DNA of 50,130 nucleotides from Alloascoidea hylecoeti (taxonomy: Eukaryota): contig BCKZ01000014.1 in assembly GCA_001600815.1 (NCBI GenBank), positions 620,001 through 670,130 on the forward strand, written 5' to 3'. The position numbers were made by a program, and so were the translations under genes. Below the pieces are notes generated by a model. That model saw only the letters and a list, made by a program, of their open reading frames with translations. It was not told the origin of the DNA and did no database searches. This document shows, piece after piece, positions 37,286 through 49,147 of this stretch. Every line of letters begins with the position of its first letter. The stretch's first letter is position 1.

Positions 37286-39559
37286 ATGCTATCAAATCCA
37301 TTACCACCAAAAAACTTGAAAAGCTTAGTTCGAGACAAGCTTAAGACAGATATTTCAGACCTCAAACCAAATAATTTAAAGTACAAGCCAGGCAAGCCTC
37401 CTTTAAATCCAAATTCAAAAAACAATATTAGTGGTGAGGATAATAGTAGTATTCATTATGTGAAAAAATCACCAATATCAGCAATCTTTTTAGCAAAATT
37501 TAATGTTCATACAGGTTATGTTATTCAATGGAGCAAAAAAGTATCAAACGATATTTCTTTAGAAGGATTGGAGTTTAAAATCTTACCATCTGGTGTTCAT
37601 TCGATTAAAGACGATGTTATTTATTTTATTCAGCCACGATTACAGAAAAGTAAAAAGTTCAAAAATCTAAATGGGATAGCAGTATTTAAACAAAATATTA
37701 AAAATTATGATGATGAGGATGAGGATAGAAGAGATAAATTTCAAATGTATTCACTTGGTATTTTAACTGATAGAAATTTAACTACATCTTCAGATTCATC
37801 AAAGGTTAATAATAATTTATTAACTGATTTATTATATTCAGAAAAATCATATGGATCAGAGTATATTAGTGATTTAAAATATTTATTATCAAAATTTATG
37901 GAATCGAATGAATCATCTTTCGACGAATCAAGTGAGTCAAATAATCTTAAACCAATTAATGACTATTTTACAAATCATTCGTTAAAGGAGAGAAATCGGA
38001 GCAGTACTACAACCACTCTTAGTAATTTCAGCGAAACAACAACCTTAAATTTAAACTCAGCAGCTATTTCAAGAACCAATACATTTAATACAACCACAAA
38101 TTTCAATTTCAATTTAAAATCAATCATTATTGATCGTGATAATGATGATGCTTCATCAAATCATATGATCAATCTTTTAATACCAATGATTAAAGAATTG
38201 GGACCAATAGTTTTTCAACTATGGAAAGCACAAATTTTGAAAAAGAGAATATTAATAATCTCATCTCAATCGATTGAATATACATGTAGTATAGCATATT
38301 GCTTATCACTCCTAACTAAAACTTCGAACCCTTCATTAGAGATTGACAGTTCTTGTAAAAAAGAATTCCATAATAAATTCCAAAAAGACATACCATTATT
38401 ATTTAATATTGGTATTAGTGATATTCAATGGTTAACTGAGAACAGAAAAGAGTATATTGAAACTGGTTTCATTGCAACTACAACGGATGAAATAATGGAG
38501 TATAAAGTCGATCTTTATGATGTTTTATTAAAATTGGAATCGAAATCTAGTGATAAGAATAATAATAATAGATCATTAAGATTTCCACCGATTTTAAAAT
38601 CACCAAGATTTCCTGAACTTGAAACCCCTACCCGAAATGATTTTAGAAGATATATTTCATTACTAAAAATAATATATTCAGGGAATAAATATAAAATTAA
38701 TAAATTTATAAGAATAATGAATGAAAATAAAAAATGGCAATTTATGTTGGAAAAAATTTCTTTTAAATACTTGTATTATATCATATGTTTAAAACTTATT
38801 AATGGTACAAGAGATTTTAGAGAAAAATTCATGAAAGCTTTCAGTTTTACGCTTTGCATTTCCAATCCATACTCATCCAAAACAAATAATAAGAGATCAT
38901 TATCTAATAATTTTGGCCCTCAATCTAATTCAAATTTAAATTCAGATAAAAAAGCTGTATCATTAGAAAATGAAAATGAAAATGAAAATGAAAATGAAAA
39001 TGAAAATGAAAATGAAAATGAAAATGAAAATGAAAATGAAAATGATAAAAATAACAGTGATAAGGATAATAATACCAATGATAAAAATAATAATAGAAGT
39101 CATAATAATAATGTTAATGATTTTAACCAATATTATAATAACTCTTCAGATATAAATTCTCAGATCTTCAATTGGAATATTAAAGATTCAAGAGCAGCAA
39201 CAAAAATTCTTGACTATTTCAAGAGATTAAATAATAAGTTCTATTCAAAATTATCGAATTTTACACTTATAAATAAACCATCGTTATCATCGTTACCATC
39301 AGAATCACACCGAAAAAAATCTACGGCTGATTATAACGAGTTCAACCTTAATTCTAATCTCAATGTTTCAAATCTTCATTCAAACCCAAATAAATCATAT
39401 CTAGAAGAAGGAACTATAATCTTCACAACAACGGATATAGTTGAACTTGGCTTATATCCCTATTCAAGAAATGATAGGAAATTGATAACTCAAGCTATAA
39501 AATTATACTTCAATAAAGATTCAATATATGCACCAGATAATTTCATTTGGAGTTTATGA
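37286..39559 (+). CDS. DENN-related protein (Anr2/DENND11-like)
   Basis: AIFLAKFNVHTGYVIQWS..LEGLEFKILPSGVHSIKDDVIYF; LGPIVFQLWKAQILKKRILI; PLLFNIGISDI; GFIATTTDEIM; ELGLYPYS..DR. Confidence 0.85.
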   Translation: MLSNPLPPKNLKSLVRDKLKTDISDLKPNNLKYKPGKPPLNPNSKNNISGEDNSSIHYVKKSPISAIFLAKFNVHTGYVIQWSKKVSNDISLEGLEFKILPSGVHSIKDDVIYFIQPRLQKSKKFKNLNGIAVFKQNIKNYDDEDEDRRDKFQMYSLGILTDRNLTTSSDSSKVNNNLLTDLLYSEKSYGSEYISDLKYLLSKFMESNESSFDESSESNNLKPINDYFTNHSLKERNRSSTTTTLSNFSETTTLNLNSAAISRTNTFNTTTNFNFNLKSIIIDRDNDDASSNHMINLLIPMIKELGPIVFQLWKAQILKKRILIISSQSIEYTCSIAYCLSLLTKTSNPSLEIDSSCKKEFHNKFQKDIPLLFNIGISDIQWLTENRKEYIETGFIATTTDEIMEYKVDLYDVLLKLESKSSDKNNNNRSLRFPPILKSPRFPELETPTRNDFRRYISLLKIIYSGNKYKINKFIRIMNENKKWQFMLEKISFKYLYYIICLKLINGTRDFREKFMKAFSFTLCISNPYSSKTNNKRSLSNNFGPQSNSNLNSDKKAVSLENENENENENENENENENENENENENDKNNSDKDNNTNDKNNNRSHNNNVNDFNQYYNNSSDINSQIFNWNIKDSRAATKILDYFKRLNNKFYSKLSNFTLINKPSLSSLPSESHRKKSTADYNEFNLNSNLNVSNLHSNPNKSYLEEGTIIFTTTDIVELGLYPYSRNDRKLITQAIKLYFNKDSIYAPDNFIWSL
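38966..39043 (+). repeat. (GAAAAT)13 coding microsatellite encoding poly-EN
   Basis: Perfect hexamer array. Confidence 0.95.
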
Positions 39560-40080
39560 AAATTACAAAATAAGCTTGCAAATTCAATGGTAATTGATTG
39601 TGATCTGCAACTCGTAAGTTAATAAAAATTTACTTATAAATACCTGTTAACAGGCTGTTATACGTTATAAACAACTACTTTAAAAATTCTAAATTTATAT
39701 GGCTCATTCTATTGATGTTAGCCGGACTGATATTATAATTAGTACCTATATCTTAATTACTAGTTTTTGTTGTTTAAACCAATAATATATTGTTGCTATT
39801 GGATCATGATCAATGTTTGTTTGCAAATGTCTTGTTTAAATTAATTTATTATAAATGTATGTTAACTATAGAAAGCTAAATAGCTAAATAGAGTTTATAC
39901 ATGTTCCAAATAATACAGACAAATTTTGAAAATGGAGTAAAATACATTATAATTATAAAGTCATAAATACGAGTACGTTTATAAACAGTTCATCAAAATC
40001 TAGATCATTATCGTAAAAGAACCAAAAAAATAGAAACACCTTCGTTGTTGAGTATGATGAATATTTATCAGGAGAGGTTG

Positions 40081-40638
40081 TTAAGTTTGACTGCGGCTGT
40101 TATATTTGTTTTGAGCGCTAGCGACAATAGGATCAGTTCTATTGCTCATATTCTTTTCATTGGTATTAGTATTGATATGATCATGAAAAGTGTCTTCAGA
40201 AACAACAACTTTAAACTCTGTAATTATATTTGGATTCGAATGGGCCATAAACAGATCGTCTTCAGTATCATCAGAAGAGTCAGATAGTACTTCAATATCA
40301 TCAGAAGAGTCAGATAGTACTTCAATATCATCAGAAGAATAAGATGAAAGCTCAATATCTTCATAATAATTATCATGATCTTCATTAAGATCCTCGTCAT
40401 CTAACTCAACTTCCTCACATTCTATGATAGGAGCAATATCATTTTGAGATTTATAAGGGAATTCTATTACACATTGGTTCAATTGTGACCGCTCTTTAGA
40501 TATAGTATTAACTAAATCATCCAAAAAATTTGCATGAGTAACCAAAGCTCTCAAATTGTGATCATTTTTAGAACACTCCTGTGTAAGCTTTTGTCTTGCC
40601 TTGGTGGCTAACCAGAAAGTGATAGCTAATGAAGACAT
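40081..40638 (-). CDS. Ecm13-like small acidic protein
   Basis: MSSLAITFWLATKARQKLTQECSKNDHNLRALVTHANFLDDL matches the Ecm13-family N-terminus; acidic tail. Confidence 0.78.
   Translation of the reverse strand: MSSLAITFWLATKARQKLTQECSKNDHNLRALVTHANFLDDLVNTISKERSQLNQCVIEFPYKSQNDIAPIIECEEVELDDEDLNEDHDNYYEDIELSSYSSDDIEVLSDSSDDIEVLSDSSDDTEDDLFMAHSNPNIITEFKVVVSEDTFHDHINTNTNEKNMSNRTDPIVASAQNKYNSRSQT
40266..40338 (-). repeat. 30-bp coding tandem repeat (SSDDIEVLSD), about 2.4 copies
   Basis: TATCATCAGAAGAGTCAGATAGTACTTCAA repeated. Confidence 0.9.
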
Positions 40639-41558
40639 TTTAGAATAAAAGTATAGACAATTGAAAGTAGTGGAGTTATAAGAAAACAGAATTTTAAGAA
40701 AACTCGATTTCAATTCCACGACTCAAGCTTATATACCATTATTATACCATATATTATATTATTAATTACTAATATTGCAGCATCAGCCGGTCCGTTATTG
40801 CATATTACATAATACATAACCTAATTTATATGCTCTATTCCATTGCATATGCGTGACTGCATAAATCGTATCCTAAAAATGGATGATATCTCTGGGCGCT
40901 TTTTTTATTTTCACTTTTTCCCGTTGATGCCCGGGTAACGTAATCGATTTCCATTACCCGGAAATATTTAATCCATACTTATCACAAAAGTACATAAAAA
41001 TCTTCAGGAATTAAGTTTCGATAGCCGAAAATCGGGTATTAAAATGATAATGTATTTGGCAACAATGTTTATTGAAGTAAAGGAGACAGGAAAAATTGGT
41101 TATCTTCAAGTAATAACTGTCCTGTGGGAGCCCTTTGGTTTTAGTTATGGTAAAAACCTGTATCATTATTAGTAATTTGAATAACTTTTAAATGATATCC
41201 AAGCACATAGAATACAAGACTAGACTTGCCTGGTTGACTTTATTATTCCAGTTGAATGCGATATAAGGTTTGTGTTAAGGAGTCGACAATTGTTTAATCC
41301 AATTGCAAGTTATAGCGCTTAGTAGTAGTAACCGCTTACAACTAAGTTACAAGTGATCTGCAGTTTACTGTATTATATTTTTTTTAGAACTCTGAGCCTT
41401 TGGATCATTTATATTTCAGATCAAACCGTATTTACTTACTACTGTTAACGTTCAGATATAATTGTCGTATGGAAGAGTCAACCCCGGGTGGAAGTATACA
41501 AAACTTCCGGAATATACCGTTTATAACTTATAGTTTTGATCGGAAGATCTTACTGTTA

Positions 41559-42108
41559 ACAAGTTAGTACATTTTGATAAGAAAATTCAGTACATCAAGT
41601 TTTTGGCCTATACAAGTGGAATATTTAATTTACAACAAGTTACCATTACGATTAAGAACAAAGAATCGTGATTGCAGACATCCGAGATAATTCTTCATTT
41701 TTGGTTAAGTTGTTGATTATTGTGTTTTCTAAGCTTCTATTCTTCAGGCATTCTTGATATTGATATTGTTTTTATTTTCATTTTCATTGTATCCTTCTGT
41801 GTACTTTTTTTCATTAATTAATTTTTATTATCCTGCTAGATATCTAGAACCAGGAGGTGTGCTGGAACACTGCTATAAGTTACAATTACAGTTGTTTATA
41901 TTCCCTTTTCTAGCAAGTTAGTACATTTTAGTTAGAGAATTGAATATATCAAGTTTACATTTTGATTTATACAAGCAAAATATTTCATATATAACAAGTT
42001 ATCTAGTTAGCAATTATAAGAGTCGTGATTATTGAGATTTTCAAGAGAATTCATTTTTGATTAAGCTATTGATTATTTTGTTTTATATCATTCAGAGATT
42101 TTTGATAT
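41559..42108 (+). repeat. Diverged ~200-bp direct duplication (about 41559-41760 and 41913-42108)
   Basis: Collinear shared blocks CAAGTTAGTACATTTT, ATCAAGTTT, TATACAAG, AACAAGTTA, TCGTGATT, TTCATTTTTG.TTAAG and TTGATTATT. Confidence 0.8.
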
Positions 42109-42280
42109 AGTGTGTATTTTGATTTTGAGATTGTTACTCTATTGCTCATAAGTTTACAAAGTCTNACGACAAATCATATGAAACCGTTTATGCACGTGCA
42201 TACATAGTAGTAATCAAAAAAACGTATGTGGTACCCTAAATCTAGTTTTTCTATATAATTTAAACTTTAAAAAAGATTCA

Positions 42281-43759
42281 ATGGAAAGAGGATCAAAAAT
42301 TATTACCTCGTCTGAAGCTATAGTTAAGTTACCACACCTTAATAATACGATCGCTAGTGGCAGCAAACATCGAGATGAGAAACATTGCCAGTACTTAGAA
42401 CAGAAGGAAGATCATTTGAAGGAACAGAAAATAAAAACTAAAAATGTTTCTAATGCTAATAATGTTAACGAAACCTCAATCCTCAATGATTCTGATTCTG
42501 ATGCTGCACAGCCCATATTACTATTCGATCAAGATGAATCTTTCCCCGATGGTGGTTTAAGAGCATGGCTTGTTGTATTATCCTCATTTTTAGGCTTGAT
42601 TTCTGTATTTGGTTACATCAATGCCACTGGTGCAATTCAATCATATATTGAAACCTATAAGTTAACATCTTATACAACCTCACAGATTAGTTGGATTTTT
42701 TCAATTTATAATTTCATGTTATGTGGTGGTGGTATTGTAGCTGGTCCTATCTTTGATATGTATGGCTTTAAGGCGCTGTATATCATTGGAACTCTATTTC
42801 ACGTTGGTGGAATCATGATGACAAGCCTTTGTACTAAATACTATCAATTTATTTTAGCTACTGGAATATGTTGTGGAATTGGATCAAGCTTGTTGATGAC
42901 GCCTTTAGTTGGGATAGTAAACCATTGGTTCTTAAAAAAGAGAGGCAATGTTAATGGGCTCGCCACTGCAGGAGGTTCTGCAGGGGGGGTTGCCTTTCCT
43001 TTAATGTTACGGAGTTTATATCCAGAGATAGGATTTGCTTGGAGCACTAGAATTTTAGGTTTTATTTGCTTAACATTATTATGTTGTTGTGTTCTGCTTT
43101 CAAAAGAACGATTACCTCGTCAATCCAAAAAGCCTCTTAAGAAGATTGTTAAGGACCTTTTCGATTTTTCGGCTCTAAAAGAACCAAGATATATGTTAAC
43201 GGTGGTAGCGAATCTTCTTGGTGAGCTTGCAACATTTGCTGTTACCACCTATATTTCATTATATGGTCTCTCAATTGGTATGACAAGTTCAGAATCTTTA
43301 CTCCTTGCATCAGTTGTAAATGCTACCGGGATATTTGGAAGAATATTTCCAGGAATGGTATCTGATAAGGTAGGAAGATTCAATACAATGATATGCTCCG
43401 AAATTGTCGTTATATTACTGATATTTATTATTTGGTTTCCATTTGGTCACATCAAATCAGTCTTATATACATTTGCAGCTTTGTATGGTTTTGCATGTGG
43501 ATCAATTTACTCTTTAATGGGTGTTTGTGTCTCACAAATATGTAGAACCGAGGATTTCGGAAAAAGATATGGCACAATGTACTTTTTTATTTCTCTAGCA
43601 ATGTTGGGCGGATTGCCTGCTTTTGGTGCTATTATAGGAAAGAATAAACATTATTCTCGTCTAGTTCTTGTGGATGGAGTAATTTTAACATTTTCTGCAT
43701 TATTTTGGATTTTAGCAAGAGGAAAGTGTGTAGGCTTTGGGGTGAGAAAAGTGTTCTGA
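42281..43759 (+). CDS. MFS monocarboxylate-transporter homologue (Mch4/Mch5-like)
   Basis: FPDGGLRAWLVVL; ISWIFS; GPIFDMYG; HWFLKKRG; GRIFPGMVSDKVGRFN; QICRTEDFGKRYG; about 12 hydrophobic segments. Confidence 0.92.
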   Translation: MERGSKIITSSEAIVKLPHLNNTIASGSKHRDEKHCQYLEQKEDHLKEQKIKTKNVSNANNVNETSILNDSDSDAAQPILLFDQDESFPDGGLRAWLVVLSSFLGLISVFGYINATGAIQSYIETYKLTSYTTSQISWIFSIYNFMLCGGGIVAGPIFDMYGFKALYIIGTLFHVGGIMMTSLCTKYYQFILATGICCGIGSSLLMTPLVGIVNHWFLKKRGNVNGLATAGGSAGGVAFPLMLRSLYPEIGFAWSTRILGFICLTLLCCCVLLSKERLPRQSKKPLKKIVKDLFDFSALKEPRYMLTVVANLLGELATFAVTTYISLYGLSIGMTSSESLLLASVVNATGIFGRIFPGMVSDKVGRFNTMICSEIVVILLIFIIWFPFGHIKSVLYTFAALYGFACGSIYSLMGVCVSQICRTEDFGKRYGTMYFFISLAMLGGLPAFGAIIGKNKHYSRLVLVDGVILTFSALFWILARGKCVGFGVRKVF

Positions 43760-44989
43760 GATTTGTTATATAACATATGATACTGATCCAGTTCAAGTCG
43801 ATACACAAACATTAGGAAAGAACTTGAAAGTTTAGAGCAGTTATAATTTTTCTAAATTCACCAATGCTTCAAGTAGTTTAAGTATATATCCCTTTAATTA
43901 TTAACGTTTTCAGGTATTACTCCTTGAGTAAAACGTGAGTGATATTTTCCCATCATTTATATATTATAATCATCAATTTCAAGATCACTGAGATAGCTTT
44001 ATCGACCAAAGTCGTAGTTTCGTTTTATAACCTTCATAATTATTATTGGAGTGATAGTCGGTACATACTTCTTATTTTCTTTTTATCTATCATTTTTAAT
44101 TTCATTATAATTATTGATAAAGAAACTTAGGTTCAAACTGGTCTCTTATATGAATGGAAGCTTAAATTAGAAGATCGTGATTGAGTGATATTATTATCTG
44201 GTGATAAAAATGGTGACAAAATATGGAAAAAATTGAAACTGGAGGAACAATTAGCTGTAGCTGGAAAGGGATCCATAGTAAGTGTTATGGTCCAATATTT
44301 GATTATGAAACAAGAAAATATACAGGAATGAAATACTAGTTTCCAACGTTGGTGTACGACTTCCCATATCAATATCCAACAATACACGGAAGCGCTAACT
44401 GTCATATAACAAAGTTCCCAAAGCAGGTTATAGGGGTGAAATAAGTAGCTACTACGTTTAAGATAATGACAAATGAGTATAAGTACCCATGCCGTGAATC
44501 TTTATGACCAGAGATATCAAAATAAATGGAGAAAGAGAAGCAATAATAAAATATAAATCGATGATTATTGGTATTTCTAAAGGCGTATGCAACTCCTTAA
44601 GACACCTTATGAATAAGAAGTTAGATCTAGATGAGCTGGAATAGGCTGCATTTCTATTTTTTACTTCTCTCTTGTCAATCTTTAAACGATTTATGTACCG
44701 AATGATTTATGATCATGTGTGAATGAATGAACCATTCTGAGAAGTTAGTTTATAGAGTGTAAAATAGTACTATTTAAATATAAGTCTACGCAAGGTAGTC
44801 AAAATTTTTGTTTATTTAATATAAACGGGGTGTTCTTATTGGAGAATTTGAGTTTTTCGCTAGTATAGATCTACAGTATATGAAGTCAATCAGATTATAA
44901 ATGATATCCCGATCCACGAGGTACCATTATTTTGAAAGTGACATGAGAATTAGGTGTTTCTTCACCTTTAAAACATATAAAAGGCTCAT

Positions 44990-45600
44990 AATCGTAGTTC
45001 TTGCCTTGTAATGAACTTTTATGCGGAGATTCCACATGCGATCAACTGTTCAGGTCCGTTCAAAAAGGCCGCCACTCTAGCACCTCTGACTCCTTTTCAA
45101 CTGTTTAATTCATCATTATTGTAGATTTCTGGATAGTTATACTATCCTGCTTGAATATGAGAAACTTAGGAAACTCATCCAAAGCCTCTTCCAGAAGTTG
45201 TATGTAGGAACATGTGGTGGGTCTTATTTTTCTGCAATTAGGATTCACAACTGCTTTATTCAGTGAACTACGGCCTTTTCCCCAAAGATCGGCACATATT
45301 ATAAACCTCTAGTACCTAGACTTCCCTATACTAGAAATAGTTCTTGATTCTAAGGCTTGGTATGGCTGTTGTGGACCATATGGTATATCTTATACTTTTC
45401 CCGATCCGGATCCTGTAACTACCCGTATACAACATTCATCACTAAATAGATCACTATCCCAAATATCATGAAACCTTCAACCTATATCTAGACAATTGGA
45501 TTCTATTCATGGGGTACTTGCAATTCAGATAATTCCATTTGCAAGTCGAAAATATTCATGCCTTTACGGAAGGGTTCTTAGGCGGTCACAGTATTGAACT
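44990..45600 (-). mobile_element. Heavily decayed Tc1/mariner (DDE) transposase remnant
   Basis: Minus-strand translation gives WDSDLFSDEC (about 45430-45460), GRSSL..YIQLLEEAL..LIFKQDS (about 45140-45280) and VLEWRPF*TDLN (about 45045-45085). These correspond to the FSDE, FMQDNA and WPPYSPDLNPIE motifs. Confidence 0.75.
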
Positions 45601-46464
45601 TTGAAGCCTGCTCCTGGTGCATATTCAAGGGGAGAGCTCTCACAACACACAGTATTTAGTTTATTGCCCCTTTATATAAGTTTTACAAGTTTCCTATTAA
45701 ATTGTTACACACGAAGAGTTGTTGGTGCAATTATTTAAGGTGAACCATACAGTTAACGTTGAAGGTGCAATATTAAGCCTTATGCTTACTTCAGCAATTG
45801 AGAAATCGTTTTTATTCATAATCCATCTTGAGTTCGTTTAGCTAGTAACAAAATCTTCTTAGAATTAGAATTACGCGAAATCTAGCTTAACAGAGTTTCA
45901 GATGTCATTTTATGTATCGCCTTATACCTGTATTTATATTTAAAGAAAATGAATTTTTCCGAAGGGTGTGTCAGAAAAAGATCACCAACATATGAATTTT
46001 CCCAACTGGAGATGAAATAGATTAAAAAAGATAATTTTAATGTAGAAAAGAATAGTAAAATAATAAATAATCTCAATGTATATAAAAATAAGTGATTGGG
46101 CAAATTTACAATTTTATTTGTTAGTTGTGCCACATTGTAGAGAGGATTTCGTTATTTTAAAGGTGTGCTTATTCGGAATCTTTAAAATTTGAATTCTAAC
46201 AGAATAATACTTCGCCATGTAGTTTCAATATATTTGGTCACGCTAAACATATATTTCGCATCTTATACGGCTTATGTGTAAGTATAATTCCGACATTCTG
46301 TGTTGTCAGTAGTTTGACATGCGGCAGACCATAGGTTCGTCATCAAGTTTCATAATAGCTCGTCATATTACTAGGCACAGATTTCATGATCCAATTGACC
46401 ATACGTGAAACTTTAAATTCATCACAGTGTGGAGTTGCGGTTTCGGCACTATGGTAATAGAAGT

Positions 46465-47087
46465 TGTTGAAAGAATGTACAAAACAATGTTCATAATTCA
46501 CGAGTAATATATAATAAGAAATACCAAATTTTATATAGTTAGATAGCTGAATTTCAATATAAAAGAAAAGTCAAATGCTGATTTGAATTTGACTCTTCAC
46601 CCTTTCCATCTTTACTCTACTTACACAGTACTATTAATTCTATACAGAACTACTACTACTTCTATCTATTGACGAATCACACCGCAAAATATAAAATTTC
46701 CAAAAAAATTCTGTTGCTAGTCGTTATTCACTTTAAATAAATTTTCCATAGCAAAATATTTTATTAAACTTCGTTACGATGGCATCCACTTCAGATAACC
46801 CAAGTAACATCTCAGCAAACCCAAACTGATCATTATCATTAAAAAATTTAGTTAACAACTCTGGTGACATTAATTATGATTGTTTTAAAACTCAAATTGA
46901 CGCCCTTAAAGCCGAAAAGTTTAAACCATTTAATCAAGGTCCCTATCTCCAATGCATGGCTCCAAAATATCTTTAAGGATATGTTAGGAGATGATACTAT
47001 TACTGAATCATTTCTTAATAAATTTATCTTAATACATCTTTACACGGATGTTTTATGGGATTCACTGGAACCAGTAAAATTGCCTCT
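46465..47087 (+). mobile_element. Ty1/copia element A: 5' LTR (about 46465-46693) and degenerate gag from 46779, interrupted by element B
   Basis: TGTTGAA start, TATAAAA plus hairpin, eroded PBS AATTTCCAA. Gag MASTSDNP..N*SLSLKNL..GDINYDCFKTQIDALKAEKF..NAWLQNIF is homologous to the ORF at 49859. Confidence 0.7.
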
Positions 47088-47254
47088 ATCTAAAAAACTT
47101 TTAACTTTTAATAGTTAAGAATATGAATAAGATAAAGGATAGAGAAAGAAATCCTGAGGTGGATTTCTTCTCTTTTTATATTACTTTTTAACTATCTAAC
47201 TTATATAAATTAAGATATTATTAATTGCATATGTTGCTAAATATGGTTTCAACA
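47088..47254 (-). repeat. 3' LTR of Ty1/copia element B
   Basis: Begins TGTTGAAACC on the minus strand, downstream of RNase H; about 80 nt nearly identical to LTR 49629..49782. Confidence 0.85.
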
Positions 47255-47529
47255 TTCTCAGTATTTTAAGGCATATGCAAATTATAAAGTAATCAATAAA
47301 AATAATAATAATAATTATAATAAAAACAATTTTGTTTAATTTTAATAAGAATATAAAATAAGCAATATAAGTTTGAATAAAAATAAGATTCTTTTAATAA
47401 GATAAATTAAAGAATAACAAAATATAAATATCATAAGTATAAGATAAAAATAAGTATTAATAAAATAAGTTTAATATAAGTATAAGATAAAGAGTAAAAA
47501 TAAGAAATAAGATAAATGATTTTTAGTTT

Positions 47530-49147
47530 TTAATTAATAAGAGGATTCATTAATTTTTGAAATTGTATTTTGTTCAGATTTTTGGTTAAAGGATCTGAAA
47601 TGTTTTGGTTCGTTTGAATATAAAATAATTCAATTTCTTTTCTTTCGACCAATTCCCTAGTAAAGAACCATTTAATTTCAATATGCTTCGATCGGTTACA
47701 GTAGTGATCAGCAACCGAAAGAGCTGCCATATTATCATTAACAACTTTAATCGGATTTAAAATAAATTTTAATTCCTTTAAGAAGTTTCTGATAAATAAG
47801 GCATTCTTAGTTCCNTCCACAATCCCCACAATTTCAGATTCCCACGTTGACAAAGTAATATTTGAAATCTTTTTGGATTTCCAAGAGACAATGTTATTGT
47901 TGATAACAGTTATGAATCCAAAAGTAGAAGACCTATCTTTTTGATCAGCCCAAGATGCATCAGTAATTACTTTTATTTCATTGTCATTTGGTAAATCAAT
48001 AATTTCAGGTTTTCTTTCTTTCATATAGAGGGAGTTTAACAATTTCAATATCCAACGTATTATTTTGCTTATAAGTAATACCCAAATCTTTACTAGCAAT
48101 CAAATAGTTCAAAACCCTTTTAGCAGCCTTCAAATTAGATTGTGTTGGTGATTGAGATTTCCTAGCCAATAAACTTGTAGCATAAGCAATATCCATTCTT
48201 ACTGTTGAAGTGGCATAATTAAGAATTCCAATAATCTTTTGATAATGAGTAATTTNATTCTTGTTAAGAAGTTCTGAGGGACTATTAATATCATAATTTT
48301 CTGGTAGAGGTGTATAATTACGATAATTAGGAGTGATTTTATTCTCAGTTTGTATCTTTGATAAGTAATCACTTAAGCTNAACTTAACTTCCCCCTTATT
48401 TATGTTATTAATTGTTATACCCAAAAAGATCTTTGGTTTTCTATTGATAGTTAATGTAAATTCTTTTTGAAGATGAATAAGAACCTCATCAATATCTTTT
48501 TTCATTCCAAAAAGTAATCCATCGTCAACATAGATTATCAATTTAACCTTAGATGTGTAAAATACACAAGGTTCAACAACAGAATTTTTCATACCAATAG
48601 ATTTTAAAACTTCAGAGATTTTATGATAGAAGTTCATGGGTGATTGTTTNAATCCATATAAAGAANGATGAAGTCTCCAAATACAATTAGGATTTGATTT
48701 AATGCCAGGTGGAGGATGCATGTATATACATTCACTGAGGTTTGAAGAAAGGAAAGCTGTTTTTACATCAAATTGAACCATAGTTTCATTTGGTTTTTGT
48801 GTGTGTAAAGACAACAGTGTTCTTAAACTGTCATGGGATGAAACCGGAGAGTATGTAGAGGAGAAATTTATGCCTTTTTCTTGTGAGAAACCTTTTGCAA
48901 CTAGTCTTGCTTTGTACAAAGGTTTTGAATCAAGATTCTTCAGTGCAAAAACCCATCTTGAACTAACAATAGAAGTTTTTGGAACATATTCATATGTTTC
49001 TTCAAATACTTTGTTATCTCTTAGACTTTGTAATTCCTTATCCATTGCTTCAATCCATTCTTTTTTGTGGTTAGATTGGAGTACTTCATTATATGTCTTA
49101 GGGATAATTTCTGTATTTGATGGCATTAACAAAAATGATTCATCCTC
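47530..49147 (-). mobile_element. Ty1/copia element B pol fragment (reverse transcriptase and RNase H), one frameshift near 48010, cut at 49147 by element C
   Basis: PKTYNE..WIEAMDKELQSL; YKARLVAKGFSQ; QFDVKTAFL; SLYG.KQS; YVDD; ITDASWAD; VSWKSKK; SKHIEIK; NISDPLTK. Confidence 0.95.

Noticed and set aside
38970..39155. (MK)n ORF
   Set aside because: Alternative frame of the GAAAAT microsatellite.
44133..44405. Coding-like stretch downstream of the MCH gene
   Set aside because: Frames are interrupted and no family is recognisable.
47995..48030. Frameshift between RT and RNase H as programmed recoding
   Set aside because: Copia RT-RNase H is normally one frame. A single extra base in an A-rich run, in a truncated element within an N-containing assembly, is better explained by mutation or sequencing error.
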